From the NCBI RefSeq assembly GCF_000143415.4, contig NW_003314261.1, positions 4,628,691 through 4,692,690 on the forward strand: a DNA stretch of 64,000 nt. The letters run 5' to 3'. The notes beneath the pieces are model-generated. The model had not been told where the DNA came from. It did not search any database and saw nothing but the letters and a program-made list of their open reading frames with translations. Source of the DNA: Selaginella moellendorffii. Its lineage: Eukaryota > Plantae > Lycopodiophyta. A program made the translations under genes and the position numbers. This document shows, piece after piece, positions 1 to 13,149 of the stretch (position 1 is the stretch's first letter; every line of letters begins with the position of its first letter).

Positions 1-2775
1 TTGATGTGGCTCATCAACTTGATAATGATAAACACAAATCTCGCAAGCATTCAAGGAGTCCTCTTATCGAGAATTGTCTCAATGATCGCCATGGACACAA
101 GGATGGGAATAAATACCACAAGTTGAAGTTTGTGGTGGCAACTTCAATGCAAAAGGTCAAAAAATCAAAAGTTCTTTGTGAAGAATTATAAACATGGTTA
201 TCATTATTGTGGCAAGTTCAGACACTACAAAGTTGATTGTCCACAGCTGAAGAATAAGCAACAGGGCAAGAAGAATGGCCAATCTTCTACTGATGGTAAG
301 TCAAATACTAAAAAATTGTAGCATGAGGATGATGGGAATGATCATTCCAGTCGGAGGAAGAGGCTTTTGATCATTGCTTGTCAACTCAATTGTGTGTGAA
401 ACAAGATAGAGCTAAAAGACACGCATGAATCAGCTTTAATATTGGAGGGCGTATTTTGTGGCAATCCAGTGCAGATTTTATTGGATAATGGGAGTGATGA
501 TAACTTTATTTCGGCAAAGTTTGTTGCGGAGCATAGCCTAGTGACATGAGGAGTTCTTCCATACACGGTGGAAGGTGCAATTACTTCTACTCAGTATTTT
601 AATGCTTGTGTAGAGGGGTTAGAAGTGTTGGTTGGCAAAACCACATTTGTGGAGAGTTTTTATCTTGTGGATATCTATCGTATGGATTTCATTATGGGGA
701 TGCCATAGTTAGTGAAGGTGGATCTAGAGATAAAGTGAAGTATTAAATATGTCTTGCTAGAGTACAATGGCGTTTAAAGATGTGTGATTTAGAAAGAGAG
801 TTTAACTTCCAATTGTTATATTCTCCACTATATCTTTGAAGCAAGTTTGTTATAATGAAAAAGCACTTTCGAGTTATTTGTTGTTTGTTCATGACTTAGG
901 GGACCAAGGTATGTATGGGGGAGAAGCAGCAGTATGGGATATACTTGATAAATTTTCTGATGTTTTTTCATCTAAATTTCCTCATGGGTTGCCTCCATTA
1001 CGAGGTGTGGAGAATAGGATTGCATTGGAGCCGGAGATACAACCAATTTACCAGAATTTATTTTGGTTAAATTATATGGAGGAGTAAAAAGTTTAACGAT
1101 AAGTCAAAGAGTTATTTGAATTTGAATTTATTCAGCCAAGTAAGTCTCTATTTAGTGCTTCGGTCTGGCTTGTGAAGAAGAAGGACAATTCAATATGGAT
1201 GTGTATTAACTACTGTGCCTTAAACAAAAAGACAGTGAATGATAAGATGCTGACACCGTGTGTGGATAATATTTTAGATAAGCTTAGTGAAGCATAAGTG
1301 TTTACCAGGATTGATATGAGGAGTGGATATCATCAGATTGCCATAGATGATGCATCTATCTCCAAGACAACATTCAATATGACCTTTGAGTATTTTGAGT
1401 TTATAGTTATACCATTTGGTTTGACAAATGCACTAGTCACATTTACTTTGTTAATGACAAAGGTATTTAGGCATTATCTTCATAAGTTTATGGAGATTTT
1501 TTTAGATAATATTCTTGTTTTTATTAAGAATATAGAGGAGCCTAAGGTGCATTTATGCAATGTTTTTTTGTTATTATATGACAGCACACTTTATGCAAAG
1601 AAAGAAAATATGAGTTTGCAAAGTCGAAGGTGGAATATTTTGGCCATATTGTGACATCTAAGGGTGTCAAGATGGATCCCAAGAAGGTGGCTGTGGTGGA
1701 GAACTGGCCTACACTGACTTCAATGGCTGAGTTACGCAACTTCCTTGGTATCATTAGTTATTACTGACGTTTTCAGTATAATTTTGTAGAGGTGGCTATT
1801 CTTTTGACACCATTGTTGCGTAAGAACGTGCTATTCAAGTGGAAGAAGCCACAAGAGGAGAGTTTTGTGGCATTGAAACGGTTAATAGGCGAGGCTCCAA
1901 TGCTTCGCATTCATGATTTATCAAAACTTTGCAAGGTGATATGTGATATGAGTGGTTATACACTGGGAGGAGTTCTCATACAAGAGGGACACCCTTTTGC
2001 ATATGAGAGTTGAACTTTGAATCCTATAGAGCAACGCTATTCCATATATAAGCAAGAGTTACTCTCCATTGTTCATGCTTTGTGGATGTGGTGGCACTAT
2101 CTTTATGATATAGTGTTTGTGGTGTTGAAGGATCACATACCTCTTGTATATCTTTTTATACAGAAGGAGTTGAACATTAGGCAAGTACGTTGGATGGTCA
2201 AACTCATGGAGTTTGGGGAGTTTTCTATTAAATATATTGTTTGGGAAAATCAAATGTAGTGGCAGATACTTTATCTCGTGCTCGTCATGTGATGGCATTA
2301 CAAACACAGTTTTGTCATCATTTGAGTAAAGTGATCAGCAAGTTTGGGCAGTTGGTTGAGTATGCTCAAACTCAAGATGCTAAGGTGGTTTCTCTGCGAG
2401 ACCAAATGGAAGCACCTTTCTTATTGGTGGATGGGATTCTTTACTACAATGGTCGTGTCTATTTGCCATGAGTGCATGCATTAATTACTCAAGTTTTATT
2501 CCATTATCATGATCGTCTAGAGGCTGGTCATTTTAGGGGGAAGAAGATGTATGAGTTGATTAAGTGTAATTTTTATTGGAGGATTATGAAGGTTGATATC
2601 CTCGAGTATTGTAAATCATGCAAGCTCTACCAGAAAGTAAAGGTGCCATAGGAGAAGTTGGAGGGACTTTTGCAACCTTTACATATTCCTCAGAGCCGTT
2701 AGTGTAGTATCTCTATGGACTTCATTACTTGTTTGCCATAAACACAAAAGTAAAAATAACAAATCTGGGTCATAG

Positions 2776-4372
2776 TGTGAGACACAAAATCCCTAGTCCC
2801 CAGAGTGGACCTGGAAGGGCGCCACATGGTAATGGCCGAAGTGAAAGCCAAACGAATGTAACATGTTTGGACTAAGAGTTCCGACTTGAAAGGTCGAGAG
2901 CGGGAGTGGAACTCCTAACAAAATGCTCGAGGAATGAGCATAAAGTGAGCCATAAGCAAGGCTCTAAAAAGGGACCCGAAAGGACCAACACATGACACGT
3001 GGAAGTGTCCGAGATGGATCCGAGATGGAGTCTGAGATGGAGTCCGAGATGGAGTTCGAGATGGAGTCTAAAATGGAGTCCAAGATGGACCCGAGATGGA
3101 GTTCAAGATGGAGTTTGAGATGGACCCGAGATGGAGTCCGAGATGGACCGAGATGGAGTCTGAGATGGACCCGAGATGGAGTCCGAGATGGACCTAAGAT
3201 GGAGTCCGAGATGGAACCGAGACCGAGTCCGAGTCCGAGATGGACCTAAGATGGAGTCCGAGATGGAACCGAGACCGAGTCCGAGTCCGAGTCCGAATTC
3301 GGGACCGAGACCGAGTCAGAGTTCGAGTTCGAGTTCGAGACTCGAATACTAATACAGGCAGTTGGGTGAAAGCCCAAAGTGATCGTCCCCCGGGGGGGGG
3401 GGGGCGCTGCGGGGGGTTCCAAAAGTATAGTAGGGAGAGTGTGGGGGTTGGAGCCCAGTGGAGCCAATTTGGCCAGGAAAGGCCAGTTTGGCCCAGGAAA
3501 GCCATACCCAGCTGTTGGGTGATGGGATGACTACTGGGAAGTCCAAGACTAGAGTGAATATAGACCGACAAGTAGGGTAGCTTGGTGAAGTGTTCAAGAG
3601 CCAGCTCTAGTTCCCCCGGGAGATCGACTGGCCGATGCTCCCAATCCAAGTGTGGGTGGCACTACCTACTTGGATACCAGGCGTGGCTTAACGGAACCTC
3701 ACTCTAAGCCCATGGCTAGAGCACCCAAAGGCAGAAGGCAGGGAGAGTACTCAGGTGGCTCACGTAAGGCCATGGTGTTCCGAAATGTTGTCCCAAAGGC
3801 CCAAACTGTGGAAAGGAAGAGTAGTAGCCCTCTGGGGTAGTGACTAAGGACACAGTCATGTGGTGAGGTAGTCCCAGAGGACCATGGGACTTAGTGGTTG
3901 GGCCTGTGGGCCTCGATCCAGTGGTAGTGTTGGCAAACACGACTAGGGGCAAAAAGGGACTTAGTGGGGACTGATAGAGGGACATTGGGGAAGGCTGTTC
4001 CCCTCGTCGGTGGGCATCCTAAGGATGCGAAGGAGTGGATCTGGGATGACCACTCATGGATGGTTGGCCCAGGCTTGGAGAGACAAGACTGGATTGCAAG
4101 AGGTATTGGACCACCAGTGCGAAAAAGGTGATTGGGCATGGCCTTAGTGTAACAAACTGCTATGTCGGTGGTACCTTGGAGTGTCGGTCATGGGATCGGA
4201 CACGTGGAGGACTTGGACCAGGTGCAAAGGTTGAGTGGCATAGTTGCCATTCTTGGGGCTAGCAAGTCCCAAGTCTTGAATTGGACTTATGGAGGTTGTG
4301 AATGAGACTCCTCCAAGTGGTTGGAGGTGTGGTTAAGTGACTAAAGTAGAATGGAAAAATTAGTCGCTTACA
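2776..4372 (+). repeat. 5' LTR of element B
   Basis: Starts TGTGAGACAC, ends CGCTTACA; colinear with 10418-11939. Confidence 0.93.
3010..3345. repeat. Minisatellite array inside the 5' LTR (GAGATGGAGTCC / GAGATGGACCC / CCGAGT / CCGAGA units)
   Basis: Tandem 6-, 11- and 12-bp related units read directly. Confidence 0.9.
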
Positions 4373-4375
4373 ACT

Positions 4376-4387
4376 TGGTATCAGAGC
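4376..4387 (+). promoter_or_regulatory. Primer-binding site complementary to the 3' end of initiator tRNA-Met
   Basis: TGGTATCAGAGC, 3 nt after the LTR terminal CA; the canonical plant tRNA-iMet PBS. Confidence 0.92.
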
Positions 4388-5392
4388 TGTTCCGTAGTCC
4401 GACTCTTATTGGTGGCCAAGTATATCACCACTTATATGGGAATTGGAAGGTCCTAGATATGGACCTATCCTCGAGGAGTAGCATGTCAAGAGGACATGGC
4501 TCTCCGCTCAAGTTCATGTGTGAACTTGTGCATGATGTGGTGGATGGAAAAGGGCTAGTAAGGGAACGACTTCGGGATCTTGGGAACGGTATAAGGTTTC
4601 CCTCAAAGAGTTGAGGATGTGATCTGGATGAGCGTTTGACTTAGCAAACTAGCTAAGGTAGTTGTGGTAAACAACTATAGTTGGGATCATGGGAAAGATG
4701 TAGACTCTAAAACAATAAAGGAGTCACAAGATAATTCACACATAATTGAGGCTCGTGCTCATGAATTTGAGACCATAATTGATGACCATGAGAGGTCAAG
4801 TACGGATGAGGGCAAGAGCCCTTGAAATGGTAGCTAGGGCTACCTTTTATAAATGCTAGATCGAACCCAAGGAGTTGGGGGTGTGCTCAAAGATTGAGTC
4901 GGCATTCTCATCATAGGGACAGATAGTCCTAAGGGGCAAAGGCAGCCCATAAAGAACGGGAAATAATGAAGTGTTGGAGTAACACTTGCAAAATGGTCAT
5001 TATGAGTAGGACATAAATACATGAAGTTGTATTCGAGTGAGCTGGCACCTAAAAAATAGGACCTTATGGGTCGTTGGTTTAGCGAAGTCCAAAAATGCTA
5101 GATGACTCAAGTGGGGTCAGGGAATGGTCCTAAGGGATTGGTTGAAGCATTTAGACTGAGGTGTATGATGCCCCATGAGGTATGGGGAGGATCATAAGAT
5201 CCAAGTATGAAAACAGGAGATATCTTATTGATGGTAGAATGTGCCATACTAAAGTTGTGGGAAAGATGTTCCCAGAAGAAAGCAACTTTGGTCTAGAGTT
5301 GGGGACAAACATTATGGTGCGGTGCTAACGGATAGTTAGCATGAGGCACAACTATATTGGTCTTGGCAAAGACCTAGACACTAATAAGTAGT

Positions 5393-6469
5393 TGTAAGCG
5401 ACTAATTTTTCCATTCTACTTTAGTCACTTAACCACACCTCCGACCACTTGGAGGAGTCTCATTCACAACCTCCATAAGTCCAATTCAGGACTTGGGACT
5501 TGCTAGCCCCAAGAATGGCATCCATGCCACTCAACACTTGCACCTGGTCCAAGTGCTCCACGTGTCTGGTCCCAAGACCGACACCCAAAGGTACCACTGA
5601 TATATCGGCTCATTACGCTAAGGCCATGCTTATTCACCTTTGCCGCACTAGTGGTCCAACACCACATGCATCACAATCCCGTCTCTCCAAGACTGGGCCA
5701 TCCATCCACGAGTGGTCATCCTAGATCCACCCCTTAGCATCCTTAGGATGCCCACAGACTTGGGGAATAACCTTCCCCAATATCCCTTTGTCAGTTCCTA
5801 CCAAGTCCCTTTTCTGTTCATGGCCATGTTCGCCAACACTGCCACTAGATCAAGGCCCACCGGCCGGACCACTAAGCCCCATGGTCCTCTGGGACTTCCT
5901 CACCATGTGACTGTATCCTTAGTCACTACACTAGAGGATTGTTCTTCCTCCTTTTCCCCATTTGGGACTCCGGGACAACATTTCAGAACACCGTGGGCCT
6001 ACGCGAGCCCCGTGGGTACTCTCCCCACCTTTCGCCTTTAGGTGCTCTAGCCATGGGCTTAGAGCGAGGTTCCGTTGAGCCACGCCTGGTATCCAAGTAG
6101 GTAGTGCCACCCACACTTGGACTGGGAGCATTGGCCAGTCGATCTCCCGGGGGAACTACAGCCGGCTCTTGAACACTTCACCAAGCTACCCCGCTTGTCG
6201 GTCCGTGTTCACTCTAGTCTTGGACTTCCCAGTGGTCAGCTCATCACCCAACACTGGGTCTGGCCTTCCTGGGCCAAACTGGCCTTTCCTGGCCAAACTG
6301 GCTCCACTGCAGTCCTCCCCCTTACTATACTTTTGGAGCTCACCAAACCCCCTAGGGTCTGGGAGACGAACGCTTTGGGCTTTCACCCTCTCAGACTCGA
6401 ACTCAGACTCGGACTCGGACTCGGACTCGGACTTAGGCTCGGTCTTGGCCTTGGTCTCGTTCCCGGTCC

Positions 6470-6506
<37 letters not shown>

Positions 6507-7323
6507 AATCCCGGTCTCAGTCCCGGTCTCGGTCCCGGTCTCGGTCTCGACCTTGGACTCCATCTCGGGTCCTTCTCGGACTCCATCTCGGACTCCGTCT
6601 CGGTCCATCTCGGACTCCATCTCGGGTCCATCTCGGACTCCGTCTCGGTCCATCTCGGACTCCACCTCGGGTCCATCTCGGACTCCGTCTCGGTCCATCT
6701 CGGACTCCACCTCGGGTCCATCTCGGACTCCGTCTCGGTCCATCTCGGACTCCATCTTGGGTCCATCTCGGACTCCGTCTCGGTCCATCTCGGACTCCAC
6801 CTCGGGTCCATTCCGTCTCAGTCCATCTCGGACTCCATCTCGGGTCCATCTCGGACTCCACCTCAGACTCCATCTCGGGTCCATCTCGGACTCCAACTCG
6901 AACTCCATCTCGGGTCCATCTCGGACTCCACCTCAGACTCCATCTCGGGTCCATCTCGGACTCCACCTCGGACTCCATCTCGGACTCCATTTTGGGTCTG
7001 TCTCGGACTCCATCTCGGACTCCACCTCGGACTCCATCTCGGGTCCATCTCGGACTCCACCTTAGACTCCACCTCGGACTCCATCTCGGACACTTCCACG
7101 TGTCATGTATTAGTCCCTTTTGGGTCCCTTTTTAGAGCCTCGCTTATTGCTCGCTTCGTGCTCATTCCTGGAGCACTTTGTTGGGAGTTCCACTCCCGCT
7201 CTCGACCTTCTAAGTCGGAGCTTTTAGTCCAAACTCGTTACGCTCGTTTGGCTTTCGCTTCGGCCACTACCACGTGGCACCCTTCCAGCTCCACTTTGGG
7301 GCCTAGGGATTTTGTGTCTCACA
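5393..7323 (-). mobile_element. Solo LTR of the element B family, inverted, inserted inside element B
   Basis: Reverse complement of the B LTR from end to end (TGTAAGCG...TCTCACA), flanked by TSD GTAGT (5388-5392 and 7324-7328); no adjacent PBS or PPT. Confidence 0.93.
6391..7090. repeat. Expanded minisatellite array in the solo LTR, including a ~46-bp higher-order unit
   Basis: GGACTCCATCTC / GGGTCCATCTC units; the higher-order unit repeats about five times (visible as repeated SISDSVSVHLGLHLG in the ORF track). Confidence 0.9.
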
Positions 7324-10300
7324 GTAGTGTCATAAAAATAGGCTCATGGGGCCAATGATGTGGAGACACCAAATATGCCAGGATGTGATACCTTGAGGTT
7401 ATGTTGGTGGGTTCATAAGAACCCCTTGCCAAGGGAATCCCAACGGAAATGGGAATGGCATAGCCTAAGCTGGAAGGCATGTGGTAAAGTGTGGTGACCA
7501 AAACAATGATGGAGGTGTGGAAGCATTAACAATGAGTTGTAGAACTTGACAACTATGAGGCAACTAAGCAAAAGGTTCAAGATAATTGGTTAAACTGGTA
7601 GAAGGTAGCTACCCAAGAGTTCTTAATGGCATAAGGAAGTTAGATATACCTTTACGAGGGATAAATTGCTTATGTTGCGATATAGTAAATCAATGTCATA
7701 AAAGGGAATGCTCATTGTTAAACAGGCCATCATTTGGGACACCAAAACACTCTAGGACACCAGGAGGTGGTGTTTGATGTCGCGAGGGCAATAGATAAGG
7801 CCCAAAGGACTAAGTCCCTAGCGAATGATGGATAGAAGGTGTTATCCAAATGTTCAAGGTTGCGGAGACGGGAGAAGACTGTCTACCCAAATTGGACAAA
7901 GCCAAAAATGGAATTTTGGCAAGGCTAGTGATGGGCATGTAAAAGCCCATAAGCAACAACGTTAATCCCGATGTGTGGGATTATAAGGTGAGCATACTTG
8001 GATTGAGGAACCACTCCCTAGGCTATCAGGTAGGTTCATCCCTAAGAATACTTGCTAAGGCATGATAGAAAGTGCAAAGCTATCCTCCTAATCTGGAGGA
8101 GAACGACCGAAGGAAAGGTGTGAAGCCAAAAGCAAGTAGTAAGGGGATAGAACCAAACCATAGAAATCGAAGGGCATAACCAAGGGTGGTTATGCCAGTT
8201 GGGAGTGGAGAATCAAGTGGGGGCTCGAGGGTGTTGTTGCTAGCAACCGTGATGCCATGGAGAGTCTAAAATATGGAATTGTCCATACTGGACTATAAGG
8301 CAACTAGAAAGCTTGCGAAAAGGGAGGCCTTAGCAAGCTAAGGGACAGAGTTCCTTCAAGGTTCCCAAAGAAGATTCTAAGTAGCTTAATACCTAGAAAG
8401 GCCAAGTGTAAATGGTTCATGGAACGCGCGAAACCAGAGTGGTGTAGTAGAAGCGTGGTTTTGAAGCTTGCCATGAGGCAAGGCTATCAAGGTTAGGGAA
8501 GTAGTTCTCGAGTGTTCAAAAAGAGGGCTTTGAACAAAAGTCGATGGTCAAGGACTTTCACGCTTATGCAGGAACCATGTTACGGTAGTCGAAGGACTTA
8601 CCAAGCGAGATTGGCAAGTCGGGGGAACAAAAACCCTAGTTGAAGGTGATAACTTCAAAAGGGTGGGCCATGGGGCCAAGCATGGAGGAGTCTATGCATG
8701 ATCATAGACATGTCAAGTAAGAGGACTTGGCAGTGTGGAGGAATTAGGTTCCTAAGCTGTGATTTATAGCGCTATGAGTAAAAGTTGGTGCACCGGCGTG
8801 ATGAGTCACGCCAGGCATCCTGGGTGATGCCGTCCATAGATGCATATATGGAGGTTGAGTTAGAGTCCCAACCCTCTAGTGCTTGGGTTCGAGTCCCAAC
8901 TCACTAGGGCGTGGTGATGGTTTGGAATATGAGGACACTCATTTTTCGGTGGTTATGGACTCTCAATGTGGAGACTGGTTTGGGCACACTGCCAAGCGAG
9001 GGATGCTTCAGAGTCATGATACACGATTAGATTGCTTAGTGTGGCTCGGCATATCTAACTTTGAACACTTTGGTGCGAGTGGCACCAAGGACGCGGTGAA
9101 TGAGATGGGGACACCCAGTCTCAGTTGCTATGGACCCTTGGCCAGAAGGGTTGGCTTGGGCGCACTGCCAAGTGTGGGGGATGCCCCCAGAGTCGTAGTC
9201 AACAAGTTAAAGGTCTGGAAGACCTAGTACCTATTGGCAAACCTGTTAAGGTGCTAAGGTGAGATCACTAGGTGATCTTGTGGCTAAATAAGGATGAGGT
9301 CCTTGTTTGGGTTAAGGAATAAGGTTCTTAGTTCAAAGTGTTGATTTGAACTATTGATGTTGGTGTGGCTTGGTCAAGGTGACCAAGTGGGAAAAACACC
9401 TTAGGGAAATGAGTTATGTCATTGCGATGGCATAGTGTGTCCAAAGAAAGTAGTCTCTATAATAGGCCTATGGGAGGGTCACAAAGTTTGGCTGTGGATA
9501 GAGCCCATAGCAGAAAATGCTACAGAGACTTACTAAGGGTGAGCACCCTCTGGACTTGGCAAACTGGAGCTTTGCCGTGGAACCAAAGGAATACCTCAAG
9601 AATGGAGGTAGTGAGCCTAAGTTGCTCGGTGCAACAATCGAAAGATAGGAGCAAAAGACTAGTGGCCAAGTATGGGCTATGGGATTCATTGGAAGGAATC
9701 CAAATGGTAAAGTTAGCCAAGGAATAGTAATGTGTTTGATGCTAACGGATGGTGGAAAAAGAAGTGGACTTCCAAGGATGGATTCCTAAGTGCTCCAATT
9801 TGGCGAAGAAAAGGCTCTAAGTGGGGGAGCAACTAAGTAGCCAAAGATAGGGCCGTGGACAACCCTAGCACAAATAATGATAAATGGAATGTAATGCCAA
9901 TGGTGGCACAAAAATAGAAAAGAGGATGATGGTGCCCTCAAGTAGAGAACTTCCTAGGATGGGGAAGTGGAGTTGCACAAAATGTGCAAGGCAAGGTGTC
10001 GGAGACACCTAGGAAATTGACTCTAAGAAAGCAAAATTCAAAGTTCCAAAGTGCAAAGGTTATATCGATGGGAACTGAGACCACTCGAGAATGAGTAGTG
10101 GGAATTGAGTTAGAGAAGATGACTCTAACAGGTTTAGCGAGAACTGAACCAATAAAAGGGAGCAAACCACCCCAAGTGGTCGAATAAGTCTCTATGTTAG
10201 AAAAACTATGCTCCTTAAAGGATGGGCAAGGCTTAGTGAGCCTTTAGTGTCAAACCATTGACGAATATGGAGAAGGCATGGTGAGCCTTCAATGTCACAT

Positions 10301-10403
10301 TATTGACAAATATTGGCTAGATGCCAAGGATGGAAATGGTAACAGATGCGGGTGTTACTTTATAAAATGGTTTACCATTCGATGAGGACATCAAACTTCG
10401 TCT

Positions 10404-10417
10404 ATGGGTGGTGGAGT
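10404..10417 (+). promoter_or_regulatory. Polypurine tract of element B
   Basis: ATGGGTGGTGGAGT immediately before the 3' LTR TG. Confidence 0.7.
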
Positions 10418-11939
10418 TGTGAAACACAAAATCCCTAGGCCCCAAAGTGGAGCAGGAAGGGCGCCACATGGTAGTGGCCAAAGTGAAAGCCAAACGAATG
10501 TAACATGTTTGGACTAAGAGTTCCGACTTGAAAGGTCGAGAGCGGGAGTGGAACTCCCAACAAAGTGCTCAAGGAATAGGCATGAAGCGAGCCATAAGCG
10601 AGGCTCTAAAAAGGGACCCGAAAGGACCAACACATGACACGTGGAAGTGTCTGAGATGAAGTCCGAGATGGAGTCTAAGATGGACCTGAGATGGAGTCCG
10701 AGATGGACCCGAGATGGAGTCCGAGATGGACCCGAGATGGAGTCCAAGATGGAGTCCGAGATGGACCCGAGATGGAGTCCGAGATGGAGTCCAAGATGGA
10801 CCCGAGATGGAGTCCGAGATGGAGTCCGAGATGGAACCGAGACCGGGACCGAGACCGAGACCGACTCTGAGACCGAGTCCGAGTCCGAATCCGGGACTGA
10901 GACCGAGTCCGAGTCCGAGTCCGAGTTCAAATACTAATACAGGCAGTTGGGTGAAAGCCCAAAGTGATCGTCCCCCAAGGGGGTTCCAAAAGTATAGTAG
11001 GGAGAGTGTGGGGGTTGGAGCCCAGTAGAGCTAATTTGGCCAGGAAAGGCCAGTTTGGCCCAGGAAAGTCATACCCAGCTGTTGGGTGATGGGATGACCA
11101 TTGGGAAGTCCAAGACTAGAGTGAATACAAACCGACAAGCAGGGTAGCTTGGTGAAGTGTTCAAGAGCCGGCTCTAGTTCTCCCGAGAGATCGACTGGCC
11201 GATGCTCCCAATCCAAGTGTGGGTGGCACTACCTACTTGGATACCAGATGTGGCTCAATAGAACCTCGCTCTCAGCCCATAGCTAGAGCACCCAAAGGCA
11301 GAAGGCAGGGAGAGTACCCAGGTGGCTTGCGTAAGGCCACGGTGTTCCAAAATGTTGTCCCAAAGGCCCAGACTGTGGAAAGGAAGAGTAGCAGCCCTCT
11401 AGGGTAGTGACTAAGGACACAGTCGTGTGGTGAGGTAGTCCTAGAGGACCATGGGACTTAGTGGTCGGGCCTGTGGGCCTCGATCCAGTGGTAGTGTTGG
11501 CAAACACGGCCAGGGGCAAAAAGGGACTTAGTGGAGACTGACAAAGGGATATTGGGGAAGGTTGTTCCCCTTGTCGGTGGGCATCCTAAGGATGCTAAAG
11601 AGTGGATCTGGGATGACCACTCACAGATGGTTGGCCCAGGCTTGGAGAGACAAGATTGGGTTGCAAGAGGTATTGGACCACCAGTGCGGCAAAGGTGATT
11701 GGGCATGGCCTTAGCGTAATAGGCTGCTATGTCGGTGGTACCTTGGAGTGTCGGTCATGGGATCGGACACGTGGAGCACTTGGACCAGGTGCAAAGGTTG
11801 AGTGGCATGGTTGCCATTCTTGGGGTTAGCAAGTCCCAAGTCCTGAATTGGACTTATGGAGGTTGTGAATGAGACTCCTCCAAGTGGTCGGAGGTGTGGT
11901 TAAGTGACTAAAGTAGAATGGAAAAATTAGTCACTTACA
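10418..11939 (+). repeat. 3' LTR of element B
   Basis: Starts TGTGAAACAC, ends CACTTACA, followed by TSD CATAG; shorter minisatellite array at ~10651-10930. Confidence 0.93.
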
Positions 11940-13149
11940 CATAGTGGATTAATTGACAAAGTATATGTGATTGTTGACTTTTTGAAAGACTGTCACTACA
12001 TCAAACTTGGCTGCAGTCTATTTGGAAAAGGTTTTTCCTAATTTTGGTTTGCTAGAAGACATCATTAGAGATTGAGATTCAAAGTTCATTAATGGATTTT
12101 GGAAAAGCTTTGCAAAGGCTATGCAAGTGATTTTGAAACTCTCAAATGGAGATTATCCTCAGACGATTGAGCAAACCAAGCATGTGAATCAAGTTGTGGA
12201 GGATATGCTACACTATAGTATTGGTCAAAAGCAGGGATAATAGGACTTATATCTTCCATTGGTGCAATTTACTTACTATATTAGCCAATATAGTGGAACT
12301 AAAGTAAGTATTTACTTTGCCATATTTGCAAGGCATCCCCAAACAGTGGTGCATTTGAGTAAGGATATTCAAGATTAACTTGATTCCAAGGCGACTGATT
12401 TGGTCACAGAACTTAATGAGATTTTGGTGGTATGCAAATGGAATTTACAAGTAGCTCAAGATAGAGTAGAGAAGTTTGCTAATGAGCATTGCCAATTCTG
12501 GGAATATAAGCTAGGTGATCTCATCTTTATGTGAGTGATCTTTCTGTCAAATGAGCGGTGGAATACTTTAGTGTTTTATGGATAGGGAAGAGTGACAAAC
12601 TTTCCCATCGATATGTTGGTACATATGAAGTGCTAGAGCGCATTGGTAAAGCGGCTTATCAGGTGTGGTTGCCAGTTGGGGTAAAAATTCCTTTAGTATT
12701 TTATGTTAGCCAATTGAAAAGTGTACTATCTTAGAGTGAAAGGGTTAATGCTTCCTTGATGTATATGACTATGGAAGATGGACTAAAAGCTTGAGTATGG
12801 TTCCCTAGAAAGGGTGATCACCAGTATAACTCGTCCTTGGGACAAATACTTTGTTGGGGGGGAAGAAATTTTATGCATTAGCTTTGACTATGTGGTCAAC
12901 ATTGGTCAAAGGGAAGCTCAAGTTAAGGTGGAGTTTTTGAGGTAGCTTGGGGTGAGGAACCTTAAGAAGTCTAGGGAGACTAGATCTTTGTCTTTTTTTG
13001 GGCTGGATCATAACATAGAGAGAAAAGGCTATTTAGGGAAGACACTTGATCATTAGCAAGTGGGGAAAGCATGTCCAAGAAGAGAACACCAGCTCAAAGG
13101 ATATTGATTAGCTTTAAGACAATCTTAGGAGCTGTTTTTGAAGCTTTCC

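Larger units (their letters stand above)
2776..11939 (+). mobile_element. Full-length nested Ty3/gypsy LTR retrotransposon (element B) with degenerate internal region
   Basis: TG...CA ends, two homologous LTRs, 5-bp TSD CATAG (2771-2775 and 11940-11944), PBS TGGTATCAGAGC after the 5' LTR, purine-rich tract before the 3' LTR. Internal region has no long ORF; integrase-like WHSVS/AVDR fragments and a chromodomain-like HIID...YFIKW (10296-10370). Confidence 0.93.
1..12868 (+). mobile_element. Decayed Ty3/gypsy retrotransposon (host element A); 5' end lies outside the window; interrupted at 2776-11939
   Basis: Domains in gypsy order with many stops and frameshifts: zinc-knuckle remnant CGKFRHYKVDC (~208-240), protease LLDNGS (~478-495), RT (IDMRSGYHQI, PFGLTNA, FLDNIL; ~1300-1520), RNase H (CDMSGYTLGGVLIQ, ELLSIVHAL), integrase His motif HDRLEAGH (~2510). 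Integrase IWVIVD*LTK is restored by removing 2776-11939 and one TSD copy. Purine tract at ~12856-12868. Confidence 0.85.

Noticed and set aside
6550-7090. CRISPR-like regularly spaced repeats
   Set aside because: No unique spacers and no cas genes; the array is internal to an LTR in a eukaryotic genome.
6117-7358. 413-aa and other long ORFs in several frames, also at 2992-3650 and 10514-11028
   Set aside because: They arise from stop-poor minisatellite units inside LTRs and are open in multiple frames on both strands.
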